DNA of 64,000 bases from Saprospiraceae bacterium (GTDB lineage: Bacteria > Bacteroidota > Bacteroidia > Chitinophagales > Saprospiraceae). The stretch spans positions 5,403 through 69,402 of the forward strand of contig JAYTUY010000012.1 in NCBI GenBank assembly GCA_043744275.1, given 5' to 3'. A program made the position numbers and the translations under genes. The notes beneath the pieces are model-generated. The model ran no database searches, had not been told where the DNA came from, and saw nothing but the letters and a program-made list of their open reading frames with translations. Positions within the stretch are counted from its first letter, which is position 1. Each line of letters starts with the position of its first letter. Below are positions 29,644-39,684 of this stretch, piece by piece.

Positions 29644-30861
29644 ATGACTAAGAAGTCGTTACTTTTTCTTCTTTCTTTCTTCATATTTTTCACTTCTATC
29701 AATGCTCAAGAGCACAACGAAGGCGATAAATCAGAACATACTGCTACGGAAGCAGTTGAAAAATATGACCCGACACCGAATATTATGAGCCATATTGCGA
29801 ATACGCATGAGTTCCATTTGTTCGGACATTATTCTATTCCGTTGCCTTGCATCGTTTATGAAAAAGATGGCGGTGGTGTCAAAACCTTTATGTCGTCAGT
29901 TTTTGAACATGGTGAAAAATCATATGAAGGTTACATCAGTGATCATGGCGTGATGAAACGAGTGAAAGATTTGGCATTCCCGAAAGGTGAGTTGGATTTG
30001 GATGTGGTTCATGAGCATGAAGGAGAAAAGCATTTCGTAGAGCATGATTCTTTGGATAATGCATTCGTACAATATAAAGGTGTAAAATACGAAGTTGAAA
30101 AAGGCAGTGGCTTATTATCCGCTACTTCATTTTATGATTTCTCTATTACAAAAAATGTTTTTACGATGTTGATGTCAGGCTTTTTGCTTTTGTTTTTATT
30201 TACATCAGCAGCCAATGCCTACAAGAAAAACCCTAATAAAGCACCTTCTGGCATTCAGAATCTACTTGAGCCTGTGGTTCAATTCATAACGGATGATGTG
30301 GCAAAGCCAATGATTGGTAAAAATTACTTCAAATATTTGCCTTATTTGTTGACCATTTTCTTTTTTATTCTGGCTAATAACTTGATTGGCTTGATTCCTT
30401 TTGCTCCCTTCGGCGCAAACGTTACTGGAAATATTGCTACGACGGGTGCATTAGCACTCATCGCATTTTTTGTTACCAATTTGAATGGAACAGTTGACTA
30501 TTGGAAGCATATTTTTTGGATGCCGAATGTGGCAGTACCGATGAAATTGTTCTTAGCACCCATTGAATTGATTGGCGTATTCACAAAGCCTATTTCATTG
30601 ATGATACGTCTTTTTGCTAATATTACAGCGGGACACATTATTATAGTAGCCTTAGTGAGCTTGATTTTCGTTTTCGGCAATGCAGGTCATAGCATGGGCG
30701 GTTCAGTCATGGGTACGCTGGTAGCCGTGCCTTTTACTTTGTTTTTGAGTGTTATCGAAGTGATTGTCGCATTTATTCAAGCGTTTATTTTCACGATTTT
30801 AACAGCCAGTTATATTGGGGCAGCTATCGAAGAACATCATCACGCAGAAGCTCATCATTAA
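29644..30861 (+). CDS. atpB: F0F1 ATP synthase subunit a (long N-terminal extension, His-rich C-terminal tail)
   Basis: RLFANITAGH contains the essential Arg motif. I moved the start to MTKKSLLFLL. Confidence 0.9.
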   Translation: MTKKSLLFLLSFFIFFTSINAQEHNEGDKSEHTATEAVEKYDPTPNIMSHIANTHEFHLFGHYSIPLPCIVYEKDGGGVKTFMSSVFEHGEKSYEGYISDHGVMKRVKDLAFPKGELDLDVVHEHEGEKHFVEHDSLDNAFVQYKGVKYEVEKGSGLLSATSFYDFSITKNVFTMLMSGFLLLFLFTSAANAYKKNPNKAPSGIQNLLEPVVQFITDDVAKPMIGKNYFKYLPYLLTIFFFILANNLIGLIPFAPFGANVTGNIATTGALALIAFFVTNLNGTVDYWKHIFWMPNVAVPMKLFLAPIELIGVFTKPISLMIRLFANITAGHIIIVALVSLIFVFGNAGHSMGGSVMGTLVAVPFTLFLSVIEVIVAFIQAFIFTILTASYIGAAIEEHHHAEAHH

Positions 30862-30901
30862 TTTTTTTAGTGATATTCAGAGAAATGGCTATTCTTTTTA
30901 G

Positions 30902-31159
<258 letters not shown>

Positions 31160-31178
31160 TTAGCAAGCCGAAAAGACA

Positions 31179-31215
31179 GAGTCAGCGGCACAACGGTTGG
31201 TTGTTCTGCTGACTC
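31179..31215 (+). promoter_or_regulatory. intra-operon stem-loop after atpE
   Basis: Outer stem GAGTCAGC/GCTGACTC and inner stem ACAAC/GTTGT. There is no strong T run. Confidence 0.4.
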
Positions 31216-31284
31216 AATTTTCAACTTTGAGTTAAGATTTAAAATTAAAAATCTAAGAATAATAACAATTCAACGATATAAAAT

Positions 31285-31797
31285 ATGATTTTCCTCGTAG
31301 ATTTTTCGCCAATCAAACCGGATTTCGGACTCTTTTTTTGGACGCTGATAATTTTCGGTATCTTCTTTTTTCTTTTGAGCAAATTCGCTTTCAAGCCAAT
31401 CGCTCAGGCATTAAAAGATCGTGAAAATGGCATTGCCGATGCACTTGGCTCTGCTGAAAAAGCCCGTTTAGAGGTTGCAAACATGAAAGCTGAAAATGAG
31501 CAAATCCTTGCACAAGCGCGTGAGGAGCGTATGAAAATGCTCAAAGAAGCGAAAGAGCAAGCGACTTCTATTGTGAATGAATCTAAAAATGTAGCGAAAG
31601 AAGAAGCTTCTAAGATCATTGTGAACGCCAAACAAGAGATTGAAAACATGAAATTGGCAGTTATCACGGATGTGAAAAACCAAGCTGGTACATTGGCTTT
31701 AGAGATTGCTGAAAAAGTGATTCGCAAAGAACTCAAAGGCAATCCAGAGCAAGTGGCTTTTGTAAACACATTGGTGAAAGAAATGAACCTTAATTAA
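31285..31797 (+). CDS. atpF: F0F1 ATP synthase subunit b
   Basis: A single N-terminal TM segment followed by a long charged helix. Its operon position fits. Confidence 0.85.
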   Translation: MIFLVDFSPIKPDFGLFFWTLIIFGIFFFLLSKFAFKPIAQALKDRENGIADALGSAEKARLEVANMKAENEQILAQAREERMKMLKEAKEQATSIVNESKNVAKEEASKIIVNAKQEIENMKLAVITDVKNQAGTLALEIAEKVIRKELKGNPEQVAFVNTLVKEMNLN

Positions 31798-31813
31798 TTT
31801 TTAATTAATAAAA

Positions 31814-32386
31814 ATGTCAGTAAGTACAAGAGTAGCAGGGCGTTATGCCAAATCGTTGATAGACCTTGCCGTTGAGCGGGGCAATTTGCAATCTGTGGTA
31901 GGCGATATGGAAAGCCTCAACCAAGCGATGAAGAATCGGGATTTATATCTGATGCTGAAAAGCCCCATTATCAATGCAGATAAAAAGGAGAGCATCATGA
32001 AAATTCTTTTCGGAGAAACTTTTGATGATGTGACGATGGCTTTCATCAAAATATGTATTAATAAAAATCGAGAAGATATTTTACCTGAAATAGCGGCTGA
32101 TTTTTTAGCAGAATACAAAAAAATGCAAGGCATCACAACTATAAAAGTGACAACTGCAGCACCCCTCAGTAAAGAGACACTTGAAGACCTTCGAAATAAA
32201 TTAATAGATAGTTCAATGACCGCTAAAAATGTAGAAATTGAAACAATCGTCAATCCAGATATTATTGGCGGTTATGTGATTGAGTTTGGCGATAAATTAT
32301 ATGATGCGAGTGTTGCCCATAAATTGGAGTCATTGAAGAAGGAGTTTACGGGTAATATTTATGAATCTCAGATTGAGAAGAAGTAA
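31814..32386 (+). CDS. atpH: F0F1 ATP synthase subunit delta
   Basis: The OSCP-like start RVAGRYAKSLIDLA and the operon position. Confidence 0.85.
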   Translation: MSVSTRVAGRYAKSLIDLAVERGNLQSVVGDMESLNQAMKNRDLYLMLKSPIINADKKESIMKILFGETFDDVTMAFIKICINKNREDILPEIAADFLAEYKKMQGITTIKVTTAAPLSKETLEDLRNKLIDSSMTAKNVEIETIVNPDIIGGYVIEFGDKLYDASVAHKLESLKKEFTGNIYESQIEKK

Positions 32387-32397
32387 ATTTATAATTA

Positions 32398-32433
32398 ATC
32401 CCTCAGTACAATAGTTGAAAATCAATATTTACA
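32398..32433 (+). repeat. left copy of the ~33-bp direct repeat (CCCTCAGTACAATAGTTGAAAATCAATATTT)
   Basis: About 30 of 33 positions match the right copy at 32817-32853. Confidence 0.75.
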
Positions 32434-32816
32434 TGAATAATTTTTTATTCTCAATATTATTTTCTGTCTTTCTTATTATCAGTTGTAAAAAAGACACTCC
32501 GACAACTTGTCTACAGACAACTACTACGGTGGGTTCAACAAATTATATCGAACAAGATACCTTAATTTATAAGGGAAAAGTAACAGTTGAAGTAGCAGAC
32601 TTGATAGTTAATAACTGTAAGTCTAATCAGAGTCAATTCAATTTTATAAATCTGACTGACAATTCAATTTATGTTAAGGTTTATAATGACACTACTTATA
32701 AAGAACTTTTTACTGAAATTAATATTGGACCAAGAAAAAGTTCGCAAACTTGGTTAGGTCCAATGCAGAAAGGATCGAAAGTTTTAGTTCCATTGATAAA
32801 GGTGAAATATAGATAA
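32433..32816 (+). CDS. small hypothetical lipoprotein inserted between atpH and atpA
   Basis: MNNFLFSILFSVFLIISC lipobox. It is AT-rich and I recognised no family. Confidence 0.5.
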   Translation: MNNFLFSILFSVFLIISCKKDTPTTCLQTTTTVGSTNYIEQDTLIYKGKVTVEVADLIVNNCKSNQSQFNFINLTDNSIYVKVYNDTTYKELFTEINIGPRKSSQTWLGPMQKGSKVLVPLIKVKYR

Positions 32817-32853
32817 CACCTTCAGTACAAAGCATTGAAAATCAATATTTTAG
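32817..32853 (+). repeat. right copy of the direct repeat (CCTTCAGTACAAAGCATTGAAAATCAATATTT)
   Basis: See 32398-32433. Confidence 0.75.
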
Positions 32854-32893
32854 ATAAATAGATAAATTTTAAAATCAATAAAATAATATAAAA

Positions 32894-34477
32894 ATGGTTG
32901 ACGTAAGACCGGAAGAAATATCAGCAATTCTCAAACAACAATTGAGTGGTTTCTCCTCAGCAACCGAGCTTGAGCAAGTAGGTACTGTATTGCAAGTGGG
33001 TGATGGTATCGCTCGCATCTATGGATTGAACAATGTTCAAGCAGGTGAATTAGTAGAATTTGAAAATGGTACTCAAGCCATTGCGTTGAACCTTGAAGAA
33101 GACAACGTCGGTGTGGTACTGCTCGGTGCTGGCGATGGCATTCGGGAGGGTTCAATAGCTCGTCGGACTGCTCGTATTGCATCTATTCAAGTTGGCGAAG
33201 GCTTGATTGGTCGTGTTGTGAACACATTGGGTTTGCCTATTGATGGTAAAGGTCCGATTACGGGTGTGCGTTATGAGATGCCTTTGGAGCGTAAAGCACC
33301 TGGTGTTCTTTTCCGCCAACCAGTCAACGAGCCGCTTCAAACGGGTATCAAAGCGATTGATGCGATGATTCCGATTGGTCGTGGTCAACGCGAGTTGATT
33401 ATCGGTGACCGCCAAACGGGTAAAACTGCTATTGCGTTGGATACGATTATCAATCAAAAAGAATTTTATGATCGGGGCGAACCAGTTTTTTGTATCTATG
33501 TAGCTTCAGGTCAAAAATCTTCTACGGTAGCTCAAGTTGCGCGTATTTTGGAAGAAAATGGTGCGATGCCATATACAGTTATCGTTTCAGCTTCAGCTGC
33601 TGAACCCGCTCCGATGCAATTTTATGCGCCGTTTGCAGGTGCTGCCATTGGTGAATTTTTCCGTGATACAGGTCGTCCAGCTTTGATTATTTATGATGAT
33701 TTGTCGAAACAAGCGGTGGCTTATCGTGAAGTTTCTTTGTTGCTCCGTCGTCCTCCAGGACGTGAGGCATATCCAGGTGATGTATTTTATTTGCACTCAC
33801 GCTTGCTTGAGCGTGCTGCGAAAGTGATTAATAATGATGAATTGGCTAACCAAATGAACGATTTACCTAAATCTCTGAAAGATGCAGGTATCGTGAAAGG
33901 TGGTGGTTCATTGACAGCTCTTCCGATTATCGAAACACAAGCGGGTGACGTTTCGGCGTATATCCCAACGAACGTGATTTCGATTACGGATGGTCAAATT
34001 TTCTTGGAATCAGGTCTTTTCAACGCAGGTGTTCGCCCAGCTATCAACGTGGGTATTTCGGTATCACGCGTGGGTGGTAATGCTCAGATTAAATCCATGA
34101 AAAAAGTGTCAGGTACTTTGAAACTTGATCAAGCGCAATATCGCGAGTTGGAAGCCTTCTCAAAATTTGGTTCTGACCTCGATGCAGCGACCAAAGCGGT
34201 TTTGGACAAAGGTGCGCGCAATGTGGAGTTGTTGAAGCAACCTCAGTATGCACCTGTATCTGTTGAAAAACAAGTAGCGGCTATGTATGCAGGTTCAAAC
34301 AATTTGTTGAGTTTATTGCCTTTGAATAAAGTTCGTGCTTTTGAAGAGTCTTTCTATTTGGCTCTTGAAACACGCCATAAAGACATCCTTGAAAATTTCC
34401 GTAAAGGTAAGTTGGAGAATGCTGATTTGGCAACGGTGAAAGCATTGGCGGCTGAGGTGGTTTCTCAGGTTAAGTAA
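32894..34477 (+). CDS. atpA: F0F1 ATP synthase subunit alpha
   Basis: Walker A GDRQTGKT and an alpha-subunit-like sequence throughout. Confidence 0.97.
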   Translation: MVDVRPEEISAILKQQLSGFSSATELEQVGTVLQVGDGIARIYGLNNVQAGELVEFENGTQAIALNLEEDNVGVVLLGAGDGIREGSIARRTARIASIQVGEGLIGRVVNTLGLPIDGKGPITGVRYEMPLERKAPGVLFRQPVNEPLQTGIKAIDAMIPIGRGQRELIIGDRQTGKTAIALDTIINQKEFYDRGEPVFCIYVASGQKSSTVAQVARILEENGAMPYTVIVSASAAEPAPMQFYAPFAGAAIGEFFRDTGRPALIIYDDLSKQAVAYREVSLLLRRPPGREAYPGDVFYLHSRLLERAAKVINNDELANQMNDLPKSLKDAGIVKGGGSLTALPIIETQAGDVSAYIPTNVISITDGQIFLESGLFNAGVRPAINVGISVSRVGGNAQIKSMKKVSGTLKLDQAQYRELEAFSKFGSDLDAATKAVLDKGARNVELLKQPQYAPVSVEKQVAAMYAGSNNLLSLLPLNKVRAFEESFYLALETRHKDILENFRKGKLENADLATVKALAAEVVSQVK

Positions 34478-34504
34478 TTGATAATCAATAAGTTGTGAGA
34501 TAAA

Positions 34505-35398
34505 ATGGCAAGTTTAAAAGAAGTCCGTATCCGAATTGCGTCGGTTATTTCTACGCAGCAGATTACAAAAGCGATGAAGATGGTATCGGCGGCGAAACTC
34601 CGCAGAGCGCAAACGGCTATCGTGCAGATGCGCCCTTACGCTGATAAACTCAACGAAATGTTGATTAATATCCTATCAAATTTAGACGGTGATAGCAGCA
34701 CGTCGTTTGGTGTAGAGCGTGAAATTGAGAACGCTTGTATGGTAGTAGTGACCTCTAATCGTGGTTTGGCGGGAGCATTTAATACAAATGTTATCAAAGC
34801 AGCCGTAGCAACTATCAATGAAAAATATGCTAAACAGCGCGATAATGGTAAGTTGACAATCATCTGTATCGGCAAAAAAGGGGCTGATTATTTCCGTCGC
34901 CGCTATACAAATTGTACAGTTATTACGGATTATGTAGATACTTTCAGCGATTTGAGTTTTGACAATGTGAAATTAGTGGCTCAACAAATCATGGATGGTT
35001 TTGAAGCGAAAAAGTACGACCATGTATCGGTGGCGTATAGCCGTTTTAAAAATGCAGCCATGCAGTTTGCTGAATCAGTACAATTTTTACCTGTTCAAAA
35101 ATTGGAGATGGTGAAAGGTGAGCCGAAAAAGAAAAGAGCGGATTACATTTTTGAACCCGATCAAGAAACTTTGCTTCAAGAACTTGTGCCGAGTATTTTA
35201 CAGACGAGTTTCTATAAATTTTTACTCGATACACATGCTTCTGAGCATGGTGCGCGGATGACTTCAATGGATAAAGCGACTGAAAACGCCAATGAAATTT
35301 TGAAAACGCTCCGTATCAATTATAACAAAGCCCGTCAAGAATCAATTACTAAAGAATTGTCAGAAATTGTAGGCGGTGCCGCAGCATTGGAAAGTTAA
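34505..35398 (+). CDS. atpG: F0F1 ATP synthase subunit gamma
   Basis: The start MASLKEVRIRIASVISTQQITKAMKMVSAAKLRRAQ and the C-terminal ITKELSEIVGGAAAL. Confidence 0.95.
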   Translation: MASLKEVRIRIASVISTQQITKAMKMVSAAKLRRAQTAIVQMRPYADKLNEMLINILSNLDGDSSTSFGVEREIENACMVVVTSNRGLAGAFNTNVIKAAVATINEKYAKQRDNGKLTIICIGKKGADYFRRRYTNCTVITDYVDTFSDLSFDNVKLVAQQIMDGFEAKKYDHVSVAYSRFKNAAMQFAESVQFLPVQKLEMVKGEPKKKRADYIFEPDQETLLQELVPSILQTSFYKFLLDTHASEHGARMTSMDKATENANEILKTLRINYNKARQESITKELSEIVGGAAALES

Positions 35399-35427
35399 TT
35401 TAAATGAAATAAATTGTTTTAAAATAT

Positions 35428-35462
35428 ACGCCTTGCTCGACTTATTGAGCAAGGCGTTTTTT
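35428..35462 (+). terminator. intrinsic terminator after atpG
   Basis: Stem ACGCCTTGCTC/GAGCAAGGCGT followed by TTTTT. Confidence 0.8.
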
Positions 35463-35545
35463 GTATTTATTTTCACTAAAAGAAAGACCTTAAGTAATAA
35501 AATACTGAGGGGGTATGATTAGATAAGGTATTGATTATCAATTAG

Positions 35546-37051
35546 TTACAAACTTAATCCCAATATTTTTGAAGTCCTCTTACGCGTATGCTCGCAAAGT
35601 TCTGAATCATTGGCTAAGTGCAAACCATAAGAAGGGATGAGTTCAGCCAACTCTTTTTTCCAAGCCGCTGAACCCATCAATTCAGGAAAACATTTTTTCA
35701 ACACATCAATCATAATAGAAACAGAAGTGGATGCTCCTGGTGAAGCCCCTAAAAGTGTTGCCAAAGAGCCATCTTCAGCATAAACCACCTCAGTGCCAAA
35801 CTCCAAAACGCCCCCTTCTTCCTTATCTTTTTTAATCACTTGCACCCGTTGACCTGCTTGTTGCAATGCCCAGTCATGTATATGTGCTAAAGGAAAATAC
35901 TCCAATAAGGCTGCCATTCTGTCTTCGGGCGATTGGGTGACTTGGTCAATCAAATATTTAGTCAAGGGTATATTTCTAACTCCAGCTGAAACCAACGGTA
36001 TAATATTGCCCCATTTAACAGACAGTGGTAAATCCAAATAAGAGCCATGCTTCAAAAATTTGGTAGAAAATCCTGCAAAAGGACCAAATAATAAGGCTTT
36101 TTGACCATCAATCAAGCGCGTATCTAAATGCGGTACAGACATAGGCGGCGAACCGACCTTGGCTTTGCCATATACTTTTGCTTCGTGTTTCTCAATAATT
36201 TCAGGTTTATTACAAACCAACCATTGACCACTGATAGGGAATCCACCGTAGCCACGACCTTCGGGAATACCCGATTTTTCGAGCAAGGGCAATGAACCGC
36301 CGCCAGCTCCGATGAAGACAAAACTTGACGTATATTCTGTTTCGTCTCCTGTATCCAAATCTTTCACGGTGAGTTGCCAAAGCTCATTGTCTATTCTTTC
36401 AATATTTTCTACTTCATTGTGCAATTGCAATCCCACCTTTTTATCTTGCTGCAAATAATCAATCATGATGCGAGAGAGTGTTCCGAAATTGACATCAGTG
36501 CCTATATCCATCCGAGTGGCAGCTATTTTTTGAGTGGCATCCCGCCCTTCCATGACCAACGGCATCCAATTAGCAATTTCTGAAGGGTTTTCAGAAAATT
36601 GCATACCCTTGAATAAGGGGTGCTGGCTCATAGCACAATATCTTTTCCTTAAAAAATGGCTATCTTCTTCTCCCCAAACAAAGCTGATATGAGGTGTGTG
36701 GTGAATAATATCCGCAGGGTTTTCAATAATCCCTTGCTTGACCAATGTTGCCCAAAATTCTTTAGAGACTTCAAATGATTCAGCAATTTTAATGGCTTTG
36801 TCAATATTAATAGTGCCATCAGTATTTTCAGGCGTATAATTGAGTTCGCAAAAAGCAGAATGTCCTGTACCAGCATTGTTCCACGCTTCTGAGGATTCCA
36901 TCGCGACTTTGTCCATGCGCTCAAAAATTTTGATTGTCCATTGAGGTTCTAATTTTTTTAAAAAAACACCTAATGTCGCGCTCATAATGCCTGAACCAAT
37001 CAATATGACATCACAGTGATTTTGTTTATTAATTTTTTTCATAAAAAACAC
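35546..37051 (-). CDS. mqo: malate:quinone oxidoreductase
   Basis: FAD motif DVILIGSGIMSATLG and the ESSEAWNNAGTGHSAFCELNYT block. Confidence 0.9.
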   Translation of the reverse strand: MFFMKKINKQNHCDVILIGSGIMSATLGVFLKKLEPQWTIKIFERMDKVAMESSEAWNNAGTGHSAFCELNYTPENTDGTINIDKAIKIAESFEVSKEFWATLVKQGIIENPADIIHHTPHISFVWGEEDSHFLRKRYCAMSQHPLFKGMQFSENPSEIANWMPLVMEGRDATQKIAATRMDIGTDVNFGTLSRIMIDYLQQDKKVGLQLHNEVENIERIDNELWQLTVKDLDTGDETEYTSSFVFIGAGGGSLPLLEKSGIPEGRGYGGFPISGQWLVCNKPEIIEKHEAKVYGKAKVGSPPMSVPHLDTRLIDGQKALLFGPFAGFSTKFLKHGSYLDLPLSVKWGNIIPLVSAGVRNIPLTKYLIDQVTQSPEDRMAALLEYFPLAHIHDWALQQAGQRVQVIKKDKEEGGVLEFGTEVVYAEDGSLATLLGASPGASTSVSIMIDVLKKCFPELMGSAAWKKELAELIPSYGLHLANDSELCEHTRKRTSKILGLSL

Positions 37052-37233
37052 TTGAATTTTAAAGGAAATGTGATAGGGTAATAAAGATAATGAAGGAACA
37101 AAAAATTGATGCTTAGGTTTAGAGATTTAATAGAAGAAAAGTACTGATTTTTATAAAAAATACTGAGGGGTATCTTCACAGTTTTCTATATTTGCTCAGT
37201 TTCAATAGTTTATAAATGTATTAAATAAAAAAT

Positions 37234-37440
37234 ATGAATTTCAAAATTAACCATATTCAGCACATCGGCATCCCTGTTACTGATTTGAAAAAATCAGAAG
37301 AATTTTATGAAAAACTTGGATTCGAGAATGTTATGACCTCTTCTTTTGAGTATAATGGCGACAAAGGCAATGTGTCGATGATACAAAAACGTTGCGGTCA
37401 CTATTGAAATTTATCAGTTCAGTGCAATAAAAAACTCTCA
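37234..37440 (+). pseudogene. frameshifted and 3'-truncated VOC/glyoxalase family gene
   Basis: MNFKINHIQHIGIPVTDLKKSEEFYEKLGFE is a VOC N-terminus. The frame breaks near 37395 (VTIEIYQF continues in another frame) and the sequence stops near 37440. A full-length protein would be about 125 aa. Confidence 0.55.
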
Positions 37441-37559
37441 ATAAAATCAATGAAACAAAATAAATCAAGAAATTAAAAATTCATTGATTAACAAATTCTT
37501 AATTTGTGACGAATTATTGACAATACAAAAATCTAATTACTATACGTTTACATATACAA

Positions 37560-38642
37560 ATGTGCAAAATTTATAATTCAATAGGCTCTTTAACGACTAT
37601 AAAAGCTCATTTAGATAGGAGTGATATTCGTGATTTCAAGTCTCTTAAAGAAGTATTAGACTTTCAGAAATCATACTTTATACATAAACAACGAATCATT
37701 ACTGAACATGAAAATTTAATTGAGCAGGAAAAAAACATACTTCAATTAGACATACAACAGTTAGAGATAAAGATAGAAACCCAAAAGCTGCAAGTTGAGA
37801 CAGAACTAGGTAATGAAATAGACAAGCTAAGACATCAGTTTAATTCTTACTCAACAAATTTTTTTCATCAATTTATTTATTGGTTAAAACACTTGTATTA
37901 TAAGAAAAAAATTCATGACAAAGAAACCAATTTTAATTCTGAAGTAGAAAAAGGAATCAAAGAATTAACTGACCTGTGCGAGGAAAAAAAGTATCGTTAT
38001 CAATATATTCTCTCGAATTTTGATGATGCAGTAGTACAGAGTTATTACCAAGTAGTAACAGAACTTGAAAGAAAAAAAACAATAATAGATGGACTAAATT
38101 CTTTTATATATGGAGCATTAGGCGAACAAAAAGTTGTTAAAAGATTAGAAAGTCTTTCAGACGATTATTTTCTTGTTAATGACTTTTCAATCTCTTTTTC
38201 TTCTCCAATTTACAACAGGCAAGATAATGACTACATAAAATCTATTCAAATAGACCACGTTCTAATTACACCATCTGGGATTTTCCTTATCGAAACAAAA
38301 AATTGGAGTGAAGACTCATTAGAGAATTTAAGTTTACGTTCACCAGTACAACAGATTAAGCGTACAAGTTTTGCATTTTTTAAATTGTTAAACAACGAAA
38401 GACTTAACTATTTTCTGCACCTTGATGGACATCATTGGGGTGACAAAAAAATACCAGTTAGAAATCTTATTGTTTTTACAAATACAAAACCAAGAGAAGA
38501 GTTTCAATTCGTTAAAATATTGACACTGAACGAACTTATTCTATATGTTCAATATTTCAATTCTATTTTTACAAATATTGAGACACAAAGAATAGCCGAC
38601 TATCTTATAAAGATTAATGACGAGAAAATTCTCTATCTATAA
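37560..38642 (+). CDS. NERD (nuclease-related) domain protein with N-terminal coiled coil
   Basis: GALGEQKVVKRLESL...IDHVLITPSGIFLIETKNW matches the NERD core pattern. It is AT-rich. Confidence 0.75.
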   Translation: MCKIYNSIGSLTTIKAHLDRSDIRDFKSLKEVLDFQKSYFIHKQRIITEHENLIEQEKNILQLDIQQLEIKIETQKLQVETELGNEIDKLRHQFNSYSTNFFHQFIYWLKHLYYKKKIHDKETNFNSEVEKGIKELTDLCEEKKYRYQYILSNFDDAVVQSYYQVVTELERKKTIIDGLNSFIYGALGEQKVVKRLESLSDDYFLVNDFSISFSSPIYNRQDNDYIKSIQIDHVLITPSGIFLIETKNWSEDSLENLSLRSPVQQIKRTSFAFFKLLNNERLNYFLHLDGHHWGDKKIPVRNLIVFTNTKPREEFQFVKILTLNELILYVQYFNSIFTNIETQRIADYLIKINDEKILYL

Positions 38643-38721
38643 ACAGAACCTGATAGATTTTTACTGAGGGGTATTATTACGACCTAAAAACTGCTAAAAC
38701 CATCGTTTTGAAATGAAAATT

Positions 38722-39681
38722 CTACAAATTTTCCAATAAATGCTCAGTAATATTATCCAAAACTTCAAAAGCAGTTTCAGCCATTTTATTACCTTTTAAG
38801 TCCAATAATGGGTTGATTTCTACAAATTCAATACAAATGACCTTCTTTGATAGGATAATTTTGTTGATGATTGACATGATTTCATATTGGTCAAATCCTT
38901 TGGAAACGGGTGTGCCTGTGCCATGCGAAATCATATCGCAATCCATACTATCCACATCAAAAGAAATATAAATCATATCGCAAGCGGATAATTTTTCTAA
39001 GGCTTCCTGCACACACGCTTCTATGGTTCGATAACGAACTTCAGCGACCATATAATTTTTAATACCCAATTTTTCAATCTGTTTATCCTCAGGCTCTTCG
39101 GTATCTCGAACACCAAAATAAACAATATTTTGTGGTAAGACTTTAGCACCTTTCAAGCCTATATTTTTCATGGCTTTCCAATGCTTTTCAGTCGCTCTAC
39201 CCACTTCATTGATTTGACAATCCATATTATCGTCGGCAATAGCAGCAGCCATAGGCATTCCATGTACATTGCCCGAAGGTGAGGTGTAGGGCGAATGTAA
39301 ATCCGCATGGGCATCTATCCAAATCACGCCCAATTGCTTATCAGGAAAAGCGGCTTTGATACCGCTTATCGTACCCAACGCAGAGGAATGATCTCCTGAA
39401 AGCACCAAAGGGAAATATTGGGCTTCAAGGTTTTTTTTAACCGACTTGCTCACACGCGTACATTGCTCATAAACGTCTTCAATCCGCTTGGCAAACGAAT
39501 TTCTCACCATATTATAAATGGATTCGTTGTGCGTTTTGACATCCTCGAATTCAAATCGGTTGAAATAATCGTTGCCTTGATTGATAGCAGCAATTTCTAT
39601 GGCATCGATGCCCATATCTGCCCCGCGTGTGCCTGCACCAATGTCAGACCTATTTTTTATCAGTTTAAGTTTCCTTTCCAT
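38722..39681 (-). CDS. rocF: arginase family hydrolase (probable arginase)
   Basis: Mn-binding motifs IWIDAHADLH and SFDVDSMD. It lies directly downstream of the ornithine aminotransferase gene. Confidence 0.75.
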   Translation of the reverse strand: MERKLKLIKNRSDIGAGTRGADMGIDAIEIAAINQGNDYFNRFEFEDVKTHNESIYNMVRNSFAKRIEDVYEQCTRVSKSVKKNLEAQYFPLVLSGDHSSALGTISGIKAAFPDKQLGVIWIDAHADLHSPYTSPSGNVHGMPMAAAIADDNMDCQINEVGRATEKHWKAMKNIGLKGAKVLPQNIVYFGVRDTEEPEDKQIEKLGIKNYMVAEVRYRTIEACVQEALEKLSACDMIYISFDVDSMDCDMISHGTGTPVSKGFDQYEIMSIINKIILSKKVICIEFVEINPLLDLKGNKMAETAFEVLDNITEHLLENL

Positions 39682-39684
39682 TTT

